Program-made: the position numbers and the translations under genes | Part shown: positions 49,628-64,000 of the stretch, in pieces | How positions within the stretch are numbered: the first letter of the stretch is position 1 | Layout of the letters: each line of letters opens with the position of its first letter | Source of the DNA: Octopus sinensis | Lineage: Eukaryota | Direction: 5' to 3' | Assembly: GCF_006345805.1 (NCBI RefSeq) | Contig: NC_043013.1 | Span: 46,500,001 to 46,564,000 of the forward strand | Length of the DNA: 64,000 bases | Notes under the pieces: generated by a model | Databases searched by the model: none | What the model saw: the letters and a program-made list of their open reading frames with translations, nothing else | Told to the model about the DNA's origin: nothing

Positions 49628-50011
49628 ACTCTTTTACTCTTTTACTTGTTTCAGTCATTTGACTGCGGCCATGCTGGAGCACCGCCTTTAGTCGAGCAAA
49701 TCGACCCCAGTACTTATTCTATCGGTCTCTTTTGCCGAACCGCTAAGTGACGGGGACGTAAACACACCAGCATCGGTTGTCAAGCAATGCTAGGGGGACA
49801 AACACAGACTCACAAACATACACACACACACATATATATATATATATACATATATACGACGGGCTTCTTTCAGTTCCGTCTACCAAATCCACTCACAAGG
49901 CTTTGGTTGGCCCGAGGCTATAGTAGAAGACACTTGCCCAAGGTGCCACGCAGTGGGACTGAACCCGGAACCATGTGGTTAGTAAGCAAGCTACTTACCA
50001 CACAGCCACTC
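49628..50011 (-). mobile_element. SINE-C
   Basis: Near full length. Confidence 0.9.
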
Positions 50012-50186
50012 ATATATATATATATTATATATATATATATTATATATATATATATAATATATATATATATATATTATATATATATATATATATATGTATA
50101 ATATATATATATCTATCTATATATCTATCTATATATCTATCTATATATCTATCTATCTATATATCTATCTATATATATATATATTA

Positions 50187-50240
<54 letters not shown>

Positions 50241-50253
50241 CTATATATATATC

Positions 50254-50288
<35 letters not shown>

Positions 50289-50387
50289 CATATATATATA
50301 TATATATAATATATATATATCTATATATATATATATGCACATATAATTATATATATGTTTGTACATACATGCATATCTATCTATCTA

Positions 50388-50431
<44 letters not shown>

Positions 50432-50859
50432 ATATATATATATATATATATTTATATACACATACATATTTATGTGTGTGCATGTTTGTGTGTGTATAAA
50501 TATATCTTGGATCACACCCTACTGTTTTTCACAAGCTGTTATTTAATAATACATTGTTTTATGCAGTAGTAGGTATAAAAGTCAGGTTGGCCATGGTTAG
50601 AATTTTTCGAACATAGGTGTGCTCAATCAAGGCCGACCTGATGTCAAAACAAGAATAAGCCCGACGACTATTATTACGTCAACAACAACAACGACAACAA
50701 CCACAACTATTACTCATATTTTTTTTTCCCAAACATTCTCTCACGACAAATGCTTACACTAACTCTTCAAGTACCAATACCGCCTTTGTTGTTTGGTAAT
50801 GACCCGCAATAAAAGGGTTTTGAGAGGTTCCTGGCTTTAGGGTTGTCGCGAAATGCCTG

Positions 50860-51017
50860 GCTGTAGGTCCAACCTTCCGAGTTCTTTTACAGAGTTTGAA
50901 AAACTGGAGGACCGCTGTGTGAATCTGAGAGGGGAATACGTTGAATAAAATCATAATTATTTGATTGTCTTGTATTTTATTTTACCCTAAGCCAGAATTA
51001 TTCGGTACCTCCTCGTA
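50860..51017 (+). mobile_element. Mariner-type right-end remnant
   Basis: EKLEDR..CVNLRGEYVE* followed by a TIR-like end ...CCTCCTCGTA; homolog of 15140-15315. Confidence 0.65.
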
Positions 51018-53196
51018 TATCTGTTTGTCTGTATATCTGTGCGCGCGTGCGTATGTTTGTTTGTATATGTGTGTATGTGTGTGTGTGTGTGTGTGTATTT
51101 GTTCGTGTGTGTGTGTGTCCCTATGTTGCTCATTTCCTGTTGGACACCTTGGTATGCTGTCCGCCTCTTTCTGTATACTTACAAAAACGAGAAAACTGAG
51201 CTAAGGGGAAATAACTGAAATAAACCTATGACATAATATGAAATAAATCACTCAAGTAAAGATATATTGAAAATATTCTCAACGAACTGAAAAGTTTCCA
51301 TTTGGTTGGAGGACATAAAAACACAACGAAACAAAAACCTCGTGACAAAGAGAATGGGTGAAAATTTTCAATAAATTAAAAGGAATTAAACACATTTCAT
51401 TTCTAAGCTTACAGGGGGAAATCTGAACTTTGTGCACGATAACAATGGACAAGTTTTGGTCTTTTTAGACATCATCAGTGGAACATAGACTATACGAACC
51501 TGCCTGACTTAATAACAGGTTTTTACAGATGGAAAAAGAGCTACGATTAATCATTGGTGGCAGTAATTTGCATTTAACATCATGTTCAAATAAATCCCTG
51601 AACGAGGTATAAACAGTAACTGCACGACAATGTGAGGTATACTTGCCATCTCAATATGGCTAACCACCGAGGGTGGGTGTTACTGTAGCTTGTAGCCCCA
51701 GGAGAACATTGTCTCCAGCTGGCTTTAGGCACGCTTTCTGTGCCCTTATGGTATTTGCAAAGGGAGGTCATCTTCATGTTCTTCATCCTTCTATCACATA
51801 CACACTCTCTCTCTCCCTCTCTCACTCACTTAATATCTCGTTCATCGAATTTCTTCCTTTCTCTTAACATCATCACGCAACTCTAATCTCCTCTATTTCT
51901 TATTTTTTTTTCTCTTCATATTTGTAAGCAGACGTCTTCTCACAATCTAACCATCTAACCATCTAACTTTTACAAAGTATACTACATTATTCCCCCTTAT
52001 TCCTTTATTTCCTTTCTCTCTTTCATTTCCTCTCTTTCGCCCTTTTCATTCCCCCCCCCCCCCGACAACCAAATATTTTCTCTCTATCACCTACACTCAT
52101 CTCCACTTCTCTCTTCTCTCTGTCACCTTTACTCATTCCTTTCTCTACCACTTGAGTTTTCTGTCACGCTCAACTCTCAGGCACATATACTTTCTCTGTC
52201 TCCTCTTTTATTCATCGCGCTCTCAATCACACATTCTCTCGCTGTCCCCTAAATCCACTCTCCTGTGAACTCTCTCTCTTCCACTATATTTCTCTTACTT
52301 TAAAAGACAATCCCAAAACCTACGAAGCTTATTCCTGTGGCTTCAGCAACTCCGCTTACATCACTTCAAGAGGTGAGATTGTGTCACTATCTTAAAATTC
52401 TCCAGTCACAAAGAGCTGGAAGGGAATCACAAACTGGTTGTTTTAAACGCTAGAAATTGCAACCAAATCTCTATTAAATCGCACTCTACTGACTTAAATA
52501 CAATGATTTTGACCAGCGCGAAGTTTGGTCCTGAAAAATGACTGGACAGTCATGGCTGGAAAGCTTTTATGATAGATCACTTTTATGGACGTCGATAACA
52601 ACTAGAACAAATCTATTCCCAAAAGTATGAACTTTGATTTCTAAGTTTTTAGAATTAAATTAGCAAATAGCGGGTATGAGATTAAATAAATGAAATGAAA
52701 TGAAATACGATAAATAACAGCCTTTTCCGAAAGGAAACCTTCGAACTGCTTGAAGAATCGAAGAGCTAACGCAGCAGTGCCTACGAGATTATTCGATGTG
52801 CCAGAAGAGTTGGAAATAAGGAAGAATATGTTGGGCAATTTATGCATTGAGATACAAAAGCGACAGCATGCTCAGGGCTGAAACAATTTTGCATTTAGGT
52901 CACCTGGATCGTGGCCGATCTGAGGTCAAGAACAAACAACTGCAACAGCAGCAGCAGCAGCAGCAGCAACAACAACAACAACAACACTAATATTGCTTTA
53001 TTAAGAAATTTCTATCTATCTATCAATCTATCTATCTAGCCACTTATGCGAATATGTATTTGCACACACACACATACACACAAACACACACACACAAACA
53101 CACATACACATATATATATATACACATAGATATATATTTATATATACATATATATATATATATATGATATATACGATATATACATATATGTATATA

Positions 53197-53356
53197 TGGC
53201 TGTGTGGTAAGTAGCTTGCTAACCAACTACATGGTTCTGGGTTCAATCGCACTGCGTGGCATCTTGGGCAAGTGTCTTCTGCTATAGCCCCGGACTGACC
53301 AATGCCTTGTGAGTGGATTTGGTAGACGGAAACTGAAAGAAGCCTGTCGATATATG

Positions 53357-53387
<31 letters not shown>

Positions 53388-53578
53388 CTTAGTTTGTCCC
53401 CCTAGCATGCTAGTGTGTGTTTACGTCCCCGGCACTTAGCGGTTCGGCAAAAGTGACTGATAGAATAAGTACTGGGCTTACAATGAATAAGTCCCGGGGT
53501 CGATTTGCTCGACTAAGGCAGTGCTCCAGCATGGCCGCAGTCAAATGACTGAAACAAGTAAAAAGAGTAAAAAGGAGT
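53197..53578 (+). mobile_element. SINE-C
   Basis: Head to tail, small internal deletion. Confidence 0.88.
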
Positions 53579-53583
53579 ATATA

Positions 53584-53666
<83 letters not shown>

Positions 53667-54336
53667 CGTATGTATAAACGCAGAGTAGATGAAACAGGGA
53701 CAACTGATGAAGGGGAATATTCTTTATGTTGCATTTCTCGTTTCTTAGTTTTTTTTTGTTGTTCAAAAAAAATTTCGTTTTCCATGTTTTTGCGTTTATG
53801 TTTACGTTTCTCATTGTGTTCAACGTGTTTTTGATGTCCTGTACCCATACATGCATGTATATATATATACATATGTATGTAGGTATGTACATATACGTAT
53901 GTATATATGCATATATTTATATATTATTTATATATATATATATTATATATATATATATTATATATATATATATGTATGTATGTATGTATGCATGTATGTA
54001 TGTATGTATGTATGTATGTATGTATGTATGTATGTATTATAAACGTACGTAGAGAGAGAAAGAGAAGTAGAGAGAATGTGAGAGGTGTGGAGGGAGTGAG
54101 GTATTGTGCTTCAGGAGTGGCGGAAGTGTAAGTACTCGACCTGAAATGTCTGGGGTTAAAGTAGCCTGCTGCTCCCTCACGTACAGGAAGGAAACCAGTG
54201 CTATAATGCCGCCATTGTTTGCATTTTTATCAACCCCAAGTTCACAGAGACACTGTTTTGTCAATAAATTATTATTAATATAATCAAATATTTAGTACAA
54301 AAAACAAAAAACAAAAACAAATTTAAAACGGGAATC

Positions 54337-54443
<107 letters not shown>

Positions 54444-54458
54444 GTTATTATTATTATA

Positions 54459-54630
54459 TGGCGAGCTGGCAGAATCGGTAGAACGCCGGGTGAAATGCTT
54501 AGCGGTATTTTGCTTATCTTTACGTTCCGAGTTCAAATTCCGTTGCGTACTGGGGTCGATCTAATCGACTGGCCCCCTCCTCAAAAAATTTCGGGCTTTG
54601 TGCCTATAGTAGAAAAGGTTATTATTATTA

Positions 54631-54683
<53 letters not shown>

Positions 54684-54737
54684 TATTATTATATTATTAT
54701 ATTATTATTATTATTATATTATTATTGTATTATTATT
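54459..54737 (+). mobile_element. SINE-A variant with central body deleted and long (ATT)n tail
   Basis: AAATTCC joins directly to GTTGCGTACTGGGG; (ATT)n on both sides. Confidence 0.78.
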
Positions 54738-54739
54738 TA

Positions 54740-55228
54740 CAACGCGGCAAGCTGGCAGAGTCGTTAGCACGCCGGATGAAATGCTTTGCGGCTTTTCGTC
54801 AGTCTTCACACCCTGAGTTCAAATTCCACCGAGTTCGGCTTTGCCCTTCATCTTTTCGGGATCGATAATTTAAGTACCAGTGAAACACTGCGGCACCGTC
54901 TTGAAGAATTTTTGATCGAATAAATCGATTTATTTATTTTTTCAAGCCTGGTACTTATTCTATCGGTGTCTTTTGCCGAACTGATAGATTACGGGAATGG
55001 AAGCACACCAACACGAGTTGTCAAGCGATTGTGACGGACATCGCAGACACACACGCATATATAATACAAGCTTCTTTCAGTTTCCGTTTACCAAATCTGT
55101 TAACAACGCTTTGGTCCTCCCGAGGCTTCAGCAAATGACACTTGCCCAAGGTGCCACTCAGTAGGACTGAACCCGGAACCATGGTGGATGGGAAGCAAGC
55201 TCCTTACCAAACAGTCACGTCTGCGCCT
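54740..55228. mobile_element. SINE-A 5' part (+) abutting a diverged SINE-C (-)
   Basis: A head and body at about 54740-54890; C blocks at about 54892-55228. Confidence 0.7.
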
Positions 55229-56224
55229 AAAATTGATCTCAGCAGAATTTGAACTTAGAATGTAAGGACAGACAAAATGTCGCCAAAGCATTTCCTCTAA
55301 CGATTCTACCAGCTCACCACCTTAGTTCAGTATTAATTGAAAAGAAATATTTTATCATTGTTGTTGGTGGTTAACCCCATCTCAGCTGAAGAAGATGAAA
55401 TGTTGATCAAATGTTTTCCAGTCACGACTATCCTGTCTTTTTTCCAGAGATCTTTTATGTCGGACTACATTGTTCTTCAGTTTAAGGCCATGTCTATCAC
55501 TTCGGTGCATATAGCGCGAATCCACACTATCGCTAGCATTGGGTTTCAAGTCTAAGGACAATTTATTCAGTTCCTTCCGGTAGTTCTGGAAGTCCTAAAA
55601 AGAGCAACGTGGTCTGTTTTTTCTCTTCCTGATTGGATTGGGTTGGATTTCTCGTGTCCAGTTCACTCCGTATGTTCATCACTCACGACGTGCAGGCCGT
55701 GAATTTGAGCTTAGGACCACACTGGCTTAATGAGCGTACGCTGTGTGTGTGTGTGTGTATGTATGTGCGTGTGTGAGCGTGTGTGTGTGTGTGAAATAGT
55801 GTAAAACTTGCGGAAGGATGCCATTAAATTGCTTACGGAGACAACAGACGTAGTTTCGACGTGGCTGTGAATTGGATCAGAACTTGTGAACCCAGGATGG
55901 GTGAGTATTACCGGAGGTAGTGCTAACTAGACATAACATGGATCTTATCAACCCTAGATGAGTTGCAAAACTGAGGGTGTCTGATTGCTGAAAGACGCGA
56001 AATACTCCAAATAACATTACTAAGAATGCGTTCAGATGTATCACAAAATGAAGAATAAAAAAAATGCATGACCACCGCTCAGACTTGCTTGAGAGGTATT
56101 AAGGCAAAGGAAACAAAGCGCTGTGTAAGTGAGTATGACTCACATATCGATCATACTTCTTCAGAATAAATCGTTCCTAAAAATGTATAATTAAACATGG
56201 GCAGTCATCATCTTTAATATATCT

Positions 56225-56443
56225 ATTGGTTACAAATTTTGGCAGAAGGCCAGAAAGTTCGGGGGTGGGGTGGGAAAAGCCGATTACATCGACAGCAGTA
56301 ATCAGCTGGTACTTATTTTATCGACCCCGAAAGGATGAAAGGCAAAGTCAATCTCGGCGGAATTTGAATTCAGAACATAAAGACGGACGAAATGTCGCTA
56401 AGCATTTTGCCCGGCGTGCCAACGACTCTGCCAGCTCGTCGCC
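56225..56443 (-). mobile_element. SINE-A, full length
   Basis: Head, body and tail present. Confidence 0.85.
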
Positions 56444-56989
56444 TGTTTTCTTTTTTTAACACCTATGTATATGAAGAAAGTTTAAGTAACCTGAGATGCA
56501 GGTGACAGTAAATAAATAATAACCGACTTTGTGAAATACACTGTCTTGGTTCACCTTGACACGCACAAATAAACAAAGGAATTCATCATTTCTATTTATA
56601 GATCTTGCAGTGATTTCTTAATGAATATTCCAGTTGCACTCTTTGTTTTGTAGTCTAAATGTGTGAGAATTTTACTGACGGTTGTAAGACTCTGTAAAGA
56701 GTGGGTGACAAGAATCTGTAAAAGAGTGTGTGGCAAGAATGGATCTCTGAATTACAAGTACAGACCATCCGATGGTCTTTCACCAAGTTTCCATATATGC
56801 TACTTCATTCATACCTTTTGGGCTGACTCGAAGCTATGCTAAAGACATTTGCTCAGAGTTCCGTATTGTGAAGTCGAACCTCGGATCTCATGATGGCAAA
56901 GCAAAATTGCCAACCATCCTACCATGCCTGCAGAAGACTAAAAATAATTATACAATAGTTTAATGATTGGGATACAGCAAGAATTAGAA

Positions 56990-58620
56990 GTGGAACGTCT
57001 GTTAATATCCGCCCATGGAGAAGAAGGTAACACTAAAAGAGAAGCAGCTGTGATAATAGAGAAAGAATTCTTAAAAAATTAACGTCGAATTCTATGACTT
57101 AAAGATATTAATGAATGTCTCTTTCGCTACAGAAGATAGAATGGTAAGCATTCTCCAAATATATTTCCCAGTTGCAAGTTACAACGGCAAAATGTCATAT
57201 GACTTGTTTGATGATCCACAAAGAAAAATAAATGTTATCATGGAACAATTCTTACATGATCATTGGATATTTTAGCTGTAAAGTAGAAGACCAATGCAAA
57301 ATGAACTGGCCAGATATTACAGTAAAGTATGGTCTTGTGGAATGGAACGGGCGAGAACATAAACATCGACAGAATTTTGCAATAAATGGGCGTGCAATAG
57401 CATATACCCTATTCAACCACTCGTTGAAAAGACAGGCAACATGGGCCTTAGTCAAAAACTCCCGGTACATAATAGTTGTAGCAGAGTTGAAGTACTAAAA
57501 TTAGGAGGAGTGTAATTATAATGGATATAATATTGTCGCAATACTGAGTAAAGTGTCCAGTAAAATCCTTCCCGACAGAAATACGAGTAAGACCGAAGAA
57601 GCGATGGAAGTTAGCTGCTTTAGACGGTTGGCACCGTTTTCGTTGACAGACATGCAATTGAAAAGAGCCAAAAATCGTCAAGTGCTTTTACATTTCAATT
57701 TCAACTTTGAAGATGTTTCAGATCCGATGTGCAGGAAGACCGCATAGGAAATGATAAAAGTAAGAGTTACAGAGCACAATCTCGGTCGAATTATACAGGC
57801 ACTATATGACAATAGCGTGTGTACCAAAGGCATGAATGGTCAACTGACACATTATCTTGAAGTACACTTGTGTCTGAAACAAGGCCCATTGTTTATCATG
57901 TGAGTGAACTAAAAGATTTAGAGAAAAGTCTGTCTGGCACTAACTGATGCCCTAGCTATAGGTTTTTAGATAATCCGATAACTAATTCCTAATATGCTTG
58001 GTCTTTAGCAAAATGAAAATATACACTAAACAGACGAACCTTGTGGAACATAGGTGAAAAAGAAAAAAATGAATAGGTTAAAAAAAGTGCAAGATAATTC
58101 TGAGATTGTGTTGTAAGCAATCTATTGTTATAGGGAGATAAGAAGACCTGAAAAAAACAAAAACAAAAAAAAAAACAAAAGGAAAAAGAACAGGTGATGC
58201 GAGCATCTACAGTAATGGAGAGACCGTTTTGCTATTTTCAACAGGAGGAATATCAACCAACGATTCAAAGTTGAATTGAACATCGCCCATATTTTCCCGA
58301 TCACAACCATCGCGTTGAACACGAATAACTTTAGGATTATTTATGATCTATACAAGAGGTATCATTGAGAAACAGGCGTAGAAATACTTCCCATGAAAGG
58401 CTGTCCACATGACATGCATCTTTATTGAGGTAAAAACAAAGACGAGACTGAAATGAGTTTACGATGGAATAAGACAGTCATCTCAAAACTACATTCGTCC
58501 GACGATTCCTAAATCCGGTCAATGCAGTAGATACTTAATTTGGAATTATTCTATCCGTAAAGATACGGGTTTACAGTTTACCACAGCGAGGTGACTATCC
58601 AAGTCAAATTGCGTGACAGT
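56990..58620 (+). pseudogene. Heavily decayed RTE-clade LINE (endonuclease and RT remnants, internally deleted)
   Basis: KYGLVEWNGRE...AIAYTLFNHSLKRQATW resembles the RTE APE endonuclease C-terminal motif; GRIIQALYD...GMNGQLT...LKQG resembles RT. Confidence 0.6.
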
Positions 58621-59239
58621 AGTTTAGGACACTGAAAAAAAATGAGGATCTGGAAGGTATTAAGTAATTAAGTATGCTAAACCCCCCCCCCCACACACAC
58701 ACACACGCACACGCACACGCACACACACACACACACACACACACTCACGGCTTGACTAGACAAAAGAGCAAGTCTTACTTGTTGAATTGAGCTGCCTTGG
58801 GTGGGTAACTCGGAGTGCAACATAACAAAATAAGGTCCCAAGAAACAAAGAATTTAGGGGATTGTGTGAGGCTCGGTTATGGTAGTGCATGATGCTTCGT
58901 ATATAATATCTTACCTGACTACTTTTGGACTCAGAAAGGGTAGCTGAGAAGGGATCAGTAAATGACACTTGCCCAAGGTGCCAAACAGTGAGACTAAACC
59001 CAGAACCATGTGTTTGGGAAGCTAACTTTTTACCACACAGTCACACCGTACTGCTAATGTCCATCCATACACCGACAAGCATCCATACACAAACGCTGAC
59101 ACACAAACTCTCTCTCCCCCTCTTTCTCGCTCTCTCTCCCTCTTTCTCTCTCCCCCTCTTTCTCTCTCCTTCTCACACAAATGTACTTTAAAAGAACATA
59201 TTCGCCACACACAAAAATATACATACACACACAAAGACT

Positions 59240-59856
59240 CTCATACATTCATATGCATGCATACATACATAGACGCATACATACATACATACATACATAT
59301 ACACATACATACATACATACATACATACAAACAAACATACACACATACATACATACATAATACATACATACATACATACATACATACGTACATGCATACA
59401 TACATAAATGCATACATACATACAATCAAAAAAACATACATACATACAGGACATACATACATACATACACACATACATACATACCATACATACATACACA
59501 CATACACACATACATAAAACATGCATACATACACAAACACACATACATACATTTACATACATACACACATACATAATACATACATACATACATACATAAC
59601 ATACATACATACATACATACATACACACATACACACATACAAACATACATGCATACATATCATGACACACATACATAACATACATACTACATGCATTAAT
59701 ACATAATACATACATACATACATACATACATACATACATACATACACACATACACATATATCTTAAATTAACAAAGCCACCCAGTCACAACATCCAAAAC
59801 ACACACATAACCAACACTGAAGCACATACTCTCTCACACACACACACACACACACA

Positions 59857-59907
<51 letters not shown>

Positions 59908-59910
59908 CAA
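59240..59910. repeat. Degenerate (CATA)n followed by (CA)n
   Basis: Direct reading. Confidence 0.92.
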
Positions 59911-60049
59911 TATATTTACAAGTACAACAAACGAGCGCATACTTAAAACAGAAGACATGAAATATAGGGGGTACTCTCTACTGACCTCACACTCACCATA
60001 TACGCTATTTCTGTTTTTTTTTTTTCTCAGCCATGCCCTTATTCCCCAC

Positions 60050-62486
60050 CCCCCTCTCATTTCTTTCTCTCTTCTTCTTCTTCTTCGTCTTTCTTTCTCC
60101 TCCCCCCACTCTACCATTCCTTCCTCTACCCCCCCTCTTTTGTCTTCCTATATCACTTTCGCTGTTTTATTTCTTCTCACACTATATATATATATATATA
60201 ATTTTTTTTTTTCACTGTCATCTCAATAAAGTCTAATCTTCCGCCTCCTCCCCCACATGATCCCATGTCCTCTACCCTTCCCCCTCACGCTCTCCCCTAT
60301 CCTCACCCCCTCCCCTCCCACCGCCACCACCACCGTCATCGCCACTAATTCTTTGTCACTTATCTTTCCCCCCCAAAGAACTGATCAATATTACTTTCCG
60401 ATCATTTTCTCCGTTTCTCTTCTTTATATTTCCTCCTTCCTCTCCGCACAGCCTCCCTCCCTCCTTCCTCTCCACACAGCCTCTACCCCCCCACCCTCAC
60501 ACTATTAATTCTTACCATATTTTATCTTTTATCATATTTCTTCTTTTGTCTTTCATCAGTTTTGTCTTTATAAGTTTTCTTACCACACGTTCTCTCACTC
60601 TCCCTTTCTCTCTCTCCCCCCTGCTTCTCATTCCTTCCTCTCTCACTCACTCTCTCTCTATTACTCTCTCATTTTATCTATTCCTTATTGTTTCTCTTCC
60701 TACCACTCTCATCTCCACCTCCCACCCACCCACCCCCAGCTCTGCTATATATTTACTATATTTCAAAATTTTTACCCATTGTATATGTATGTTATTTTTT
60801 CTTCTATTTCACACACACACCCTCGCATATATATCCACCCCTACACTCTTTCACTTTCAGATAATTTTTTTCAAATTTTATTTTAAATCTGTCTATTTTC
60901 CACGATTCATAAATGATGAATGTTTTTTTTTTCTGTCAAAATCAATGTTCAAATCCTTTGATGTTTGGAATTTAAGAACAAAGAGATTTGAAGCACTGAG
61001 CAAAACTCCCATTTTCTTTAGATTTCAATTTTCTACCACTGGATTGATCATTTCTAATTTTCTTTTTAAAAATTCATATTTTTTTTAATTCACAACAAAA
61101 AAGTAAAAAAAATATAAAAACACCCCCCTCCAATTTCTATCCACGTTCTCTTATCACGATTCTTAACAAACGCATTTTTTCTTAAAATATTGAAAATACT
61201 GTTTTTTTTTTTTTCACAATCTAGTTTTCTTTACGGACGACAAAGTGCGTGATTTCTGTGAAAGGCGAAATTTCATATATTCGCTGTTGTATCGTTATAG
61301 AACATACTTGAGAAGGAGGTGGGGGGGAAGGAAGAGATAGGAAAAGAGAGATAGAGGGAGGGGGGAGAGAAAGAGAAAGAGAGAAAGAGAGAGAGAGAGA
61401 GAAATAGGGTGGTGTGGTGGATAGGGGGTGAGAAGGAGTGTGCCTATGTGTGGTGTGGACACAAGAGACAAGATCTCTTTAACTAGCTTATAGGTCGGCT
61501 AAGTAGAGTCAGAGGGGAGGGGCACGGATATAGACAGATAGATAGGTAGGCATAGGGTGAGAATGGGAAATAATACACACACGTACACCCATATATATAT
61601 ACATACATATATATATATACACATATATATATTATATACATACATATATACATATATATATATATACATATATATATACATATATATATACATATATATA
61701 TATATACATATATATATACATATATATATATGTATATATATACATACAGGCATACATGATACACATACATAGTCACACAACACACACACACATATACACA
61801 TATGTGTGTGTCTATGTATGTGTATGTATGTATGTATGTATGTATTTTATAAGAAACACAGGAAATGAGATGGGAGGTGGACCGGAAGAGAAAGAAAATG
61901 AGAGAGTGTGAGAAACGATACTTATGAGAAGAATTGAGAAAAGCGAGAAAAAGAACTTATTAGTCTTCTGTTCATCTCGATTTCTCTCACCTGTTTTTTT
62001 ATCCCCCCCTCTCTCTCTTTCTCTCTCTGCCTTTCTGTCTCTTTGGCGCTCTCACTCTCTGTTTCTGTCTCTGTCTCTCCTCTTTCTCTTCAAACACCTT
62101 CCATTTTAATTTCTTGACAAAATTTAGCACCGAGATTATTGTTCAAAATCTTCGTCAAATGGAAGCTGGAAATTTTTGGAATAAAAATTTTAGAAACAAA
62201 TTTCAGAAAACGTTACAAAACAAATGGTAAGAACAAAAATTACAAAAACGTATAAAGAAAAAAAATGTAAACTTTTATGTTAAGCAAACACTATGTGAGA
62301 AAGCTAAAAATTAAACATGAGAACTCTTTTATTGTCCGAATAATGACTATAGCTCACAGAAAATTTTCAAAGAGTATATAAAAAATTTGAGAGTCAATAA
62401 GGAAAGAAATACGGAATGATAGAATGAGAGATTGCTTATTGCTTTGAAGAGGGAGAGAGAGAGAGAGAGAGGTAGAGAGAGAGAGG

Positions 62487-62522
<36 letters not shown>

Positions 62523-63240
62523 TGTAGATAGACAGATAGACAGATAGACAGGCAGTATGAGAGAGAGAGAGGGGAAGAGATAGAGGGAGAGATAAGGATG
62601 AAGGGGGAGAGAGAAAAATAACAGGGGAAACAAGAAAAAAAGAAGGCAAAAAGAAAGAGAAAAAGAGAAAGAGAAAAAGAGAGTCAGACGGAATGAGAGG
62701 AGGGAGAGAGAGGATGAAAGAGATAGAGGGAGAGAAAGGGATGAAGGGGATGGGAGAAATATAGTAAGAAAAAGAAAGGGGGAAGGCGAAAGAGAAAGAG
62801 AGAGCGGGCGAGAGAGAGGGAGAAAAAGCCACATTGAGAGAAACAGTGAGAGAGAGGGAGGGGGAGAGGGGAAGAAAGAGAGAGAGAGAAGGAAAAGGGA
62901 AAAGGGCAGAGAGGGAGAGAAAGAGAGAGAGAGAAGGAAAAGGGAAAAGGGCAGAAAGGGAGAGAGAGAGAGAGAAGGAAAAGGGAAGAGGGCAGAGAGG
63001 GAGAAAAAGTAAGAAAGATTTGTAGAAAGATTAAAGCTGAAAGAGGGAGCAAGAAAGATGGAGGAAGAGAGAATAAAAAAAAAGTAGAGAGATTTGGAAG
63101 AAGAGAAGGGAAAGTTAAGGAAATGGATAGAAGGAGGGTCTGGAAGAGGGTGAAAGTCAACAGGAAGAGAGAGGAGGAGGATGAGGAGGAGGTGGAGAAG
63201 AGAGAGTTTATTGAGAAGGTACAAATTGAAAATTTGGAAG
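60050..63240. repeat. Alternating polypyrimidine and polypurine low-complexity tracts plus TA/CA repeats
   Basis: CT-rich at about 60050-60740 and 61980-62100; GA-rich at about 61320-61420 and 62445-63240. Confidence 0.9.
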
Positions 63241-63659
63241 CGCGGGGCTTGGTCAAGGACTGAACCCTTATCTTTATTTTACCAGCTAACACAACATGAC
63301 AGTGAATTTGCCGTGCAGCTTCTATTTAGTTACATGATCAGTTAGACATAACAAACAGATATTTGCTCCAAATCACGTTTGAATATCAGAAGACGAACGA
63401 CATTTTGAATATTGTATCTCAATGCACTTTACTATACTCCGAAAGGAAAATAAATGGGATGATCACGGTAGGAGTGTTACCGATCATGGCTCTGCTCACG
63501 GATGGCGAAACTGGGGGTTAAACAATAAAACAACCACAACAAGGGGCTAAATAGTATGACACTGAATCATCCAAAGATTGCTTAAGATTGCTTGTTGTTT
63601 ATAGTTTTTATACTTACATACATACATACATACATACATACACACACATACCTGTGTGT

Positions 63660-63850
63660 GGGCGTGAGTGTGTGTGTATGTGTATACGATGGGCTTCTTT
63701 CAGTTTTCGTCTACTAAATGCATTAAGAAGGCTTTGGTCGGCCTGAGGCTATGGTAGAAGACATTGCCTAAGATGCCACACACCACAGAGTTGGACTGGA
63801 CTCGGGACCTTGAGGTTGGAAAGCAAGCTTTTTACCACATGCCATCGCAC
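63660..63850 (-). mobile_element. SINE-C 5' half, diverged
   Basis: GGGCTTCTTTCAGTTTTCGTCTAC ... TTGCCTAAGATGCCAC ... TTTTACCACA. Confidence 0.7.
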
Positions 63851-63899
63851 GCTGCTCTCTCTTTTTCTCTCTCTCTTTCTCACGCGCGCTCTACATATA

Positions 63900-63936
<37 letters not shown>

Positions 63937-64000
63937 TGGACTCTCACACACATATATATAAGAAGGAGAGAGAGAGAGAGAGAGGAAAGGAAGAAAGAGT

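Noticed and set aside
53703-53735. CTGATGAAGGGGAATATTCTTT, hammerhead-like 5' half
   Set aside because: No GAAA, stem III or stem I downstream.

Overview
Repeat-saturated, AT-rich animal genomic DNA, most likely octopus or another coleoid cephalopod. This is inferred from recalled tRNA-SINE families, TTAGGG-type repeats and extreme microsatellite density, and was not verified by any search. I find no intact protein-coding gene, rRNA, true tRNA or CRISPR array; most long ORFs in the track are translated microsatellites. The window holds about 45 copies or fragments of tRNA-derived SINEs, under my working names: SINE-A and SINE-B (same head and body, different tails), SINE-C (CORE-like) and V-domain-like SINEs. 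It also holds a young frameshifted CR1-type LINE with an inverted 3' fragment, decayed Tx1/L1 and RTE LINEs, mariner right ends, two MITEs with 8-bp TSDs and internal telomere-like repeats, non-autonomous Helitrons, hammerhead-like motifs, two long hairpins and one 100-N gap. Best lead: SINE-B forms three head-less tandem arrays joined at one fixed site of its own head (GAAATAGG|YATTTC), and its tail matches (39 of 49 nt) the 3' end of a LINE-like fragment embedded in (TATC)n. Together these suggest a target-preferring LINE/SINE pair that keeps inserting into its own copies. Coordinates were read by eye; boundaries of degenerate repeats are approximate.
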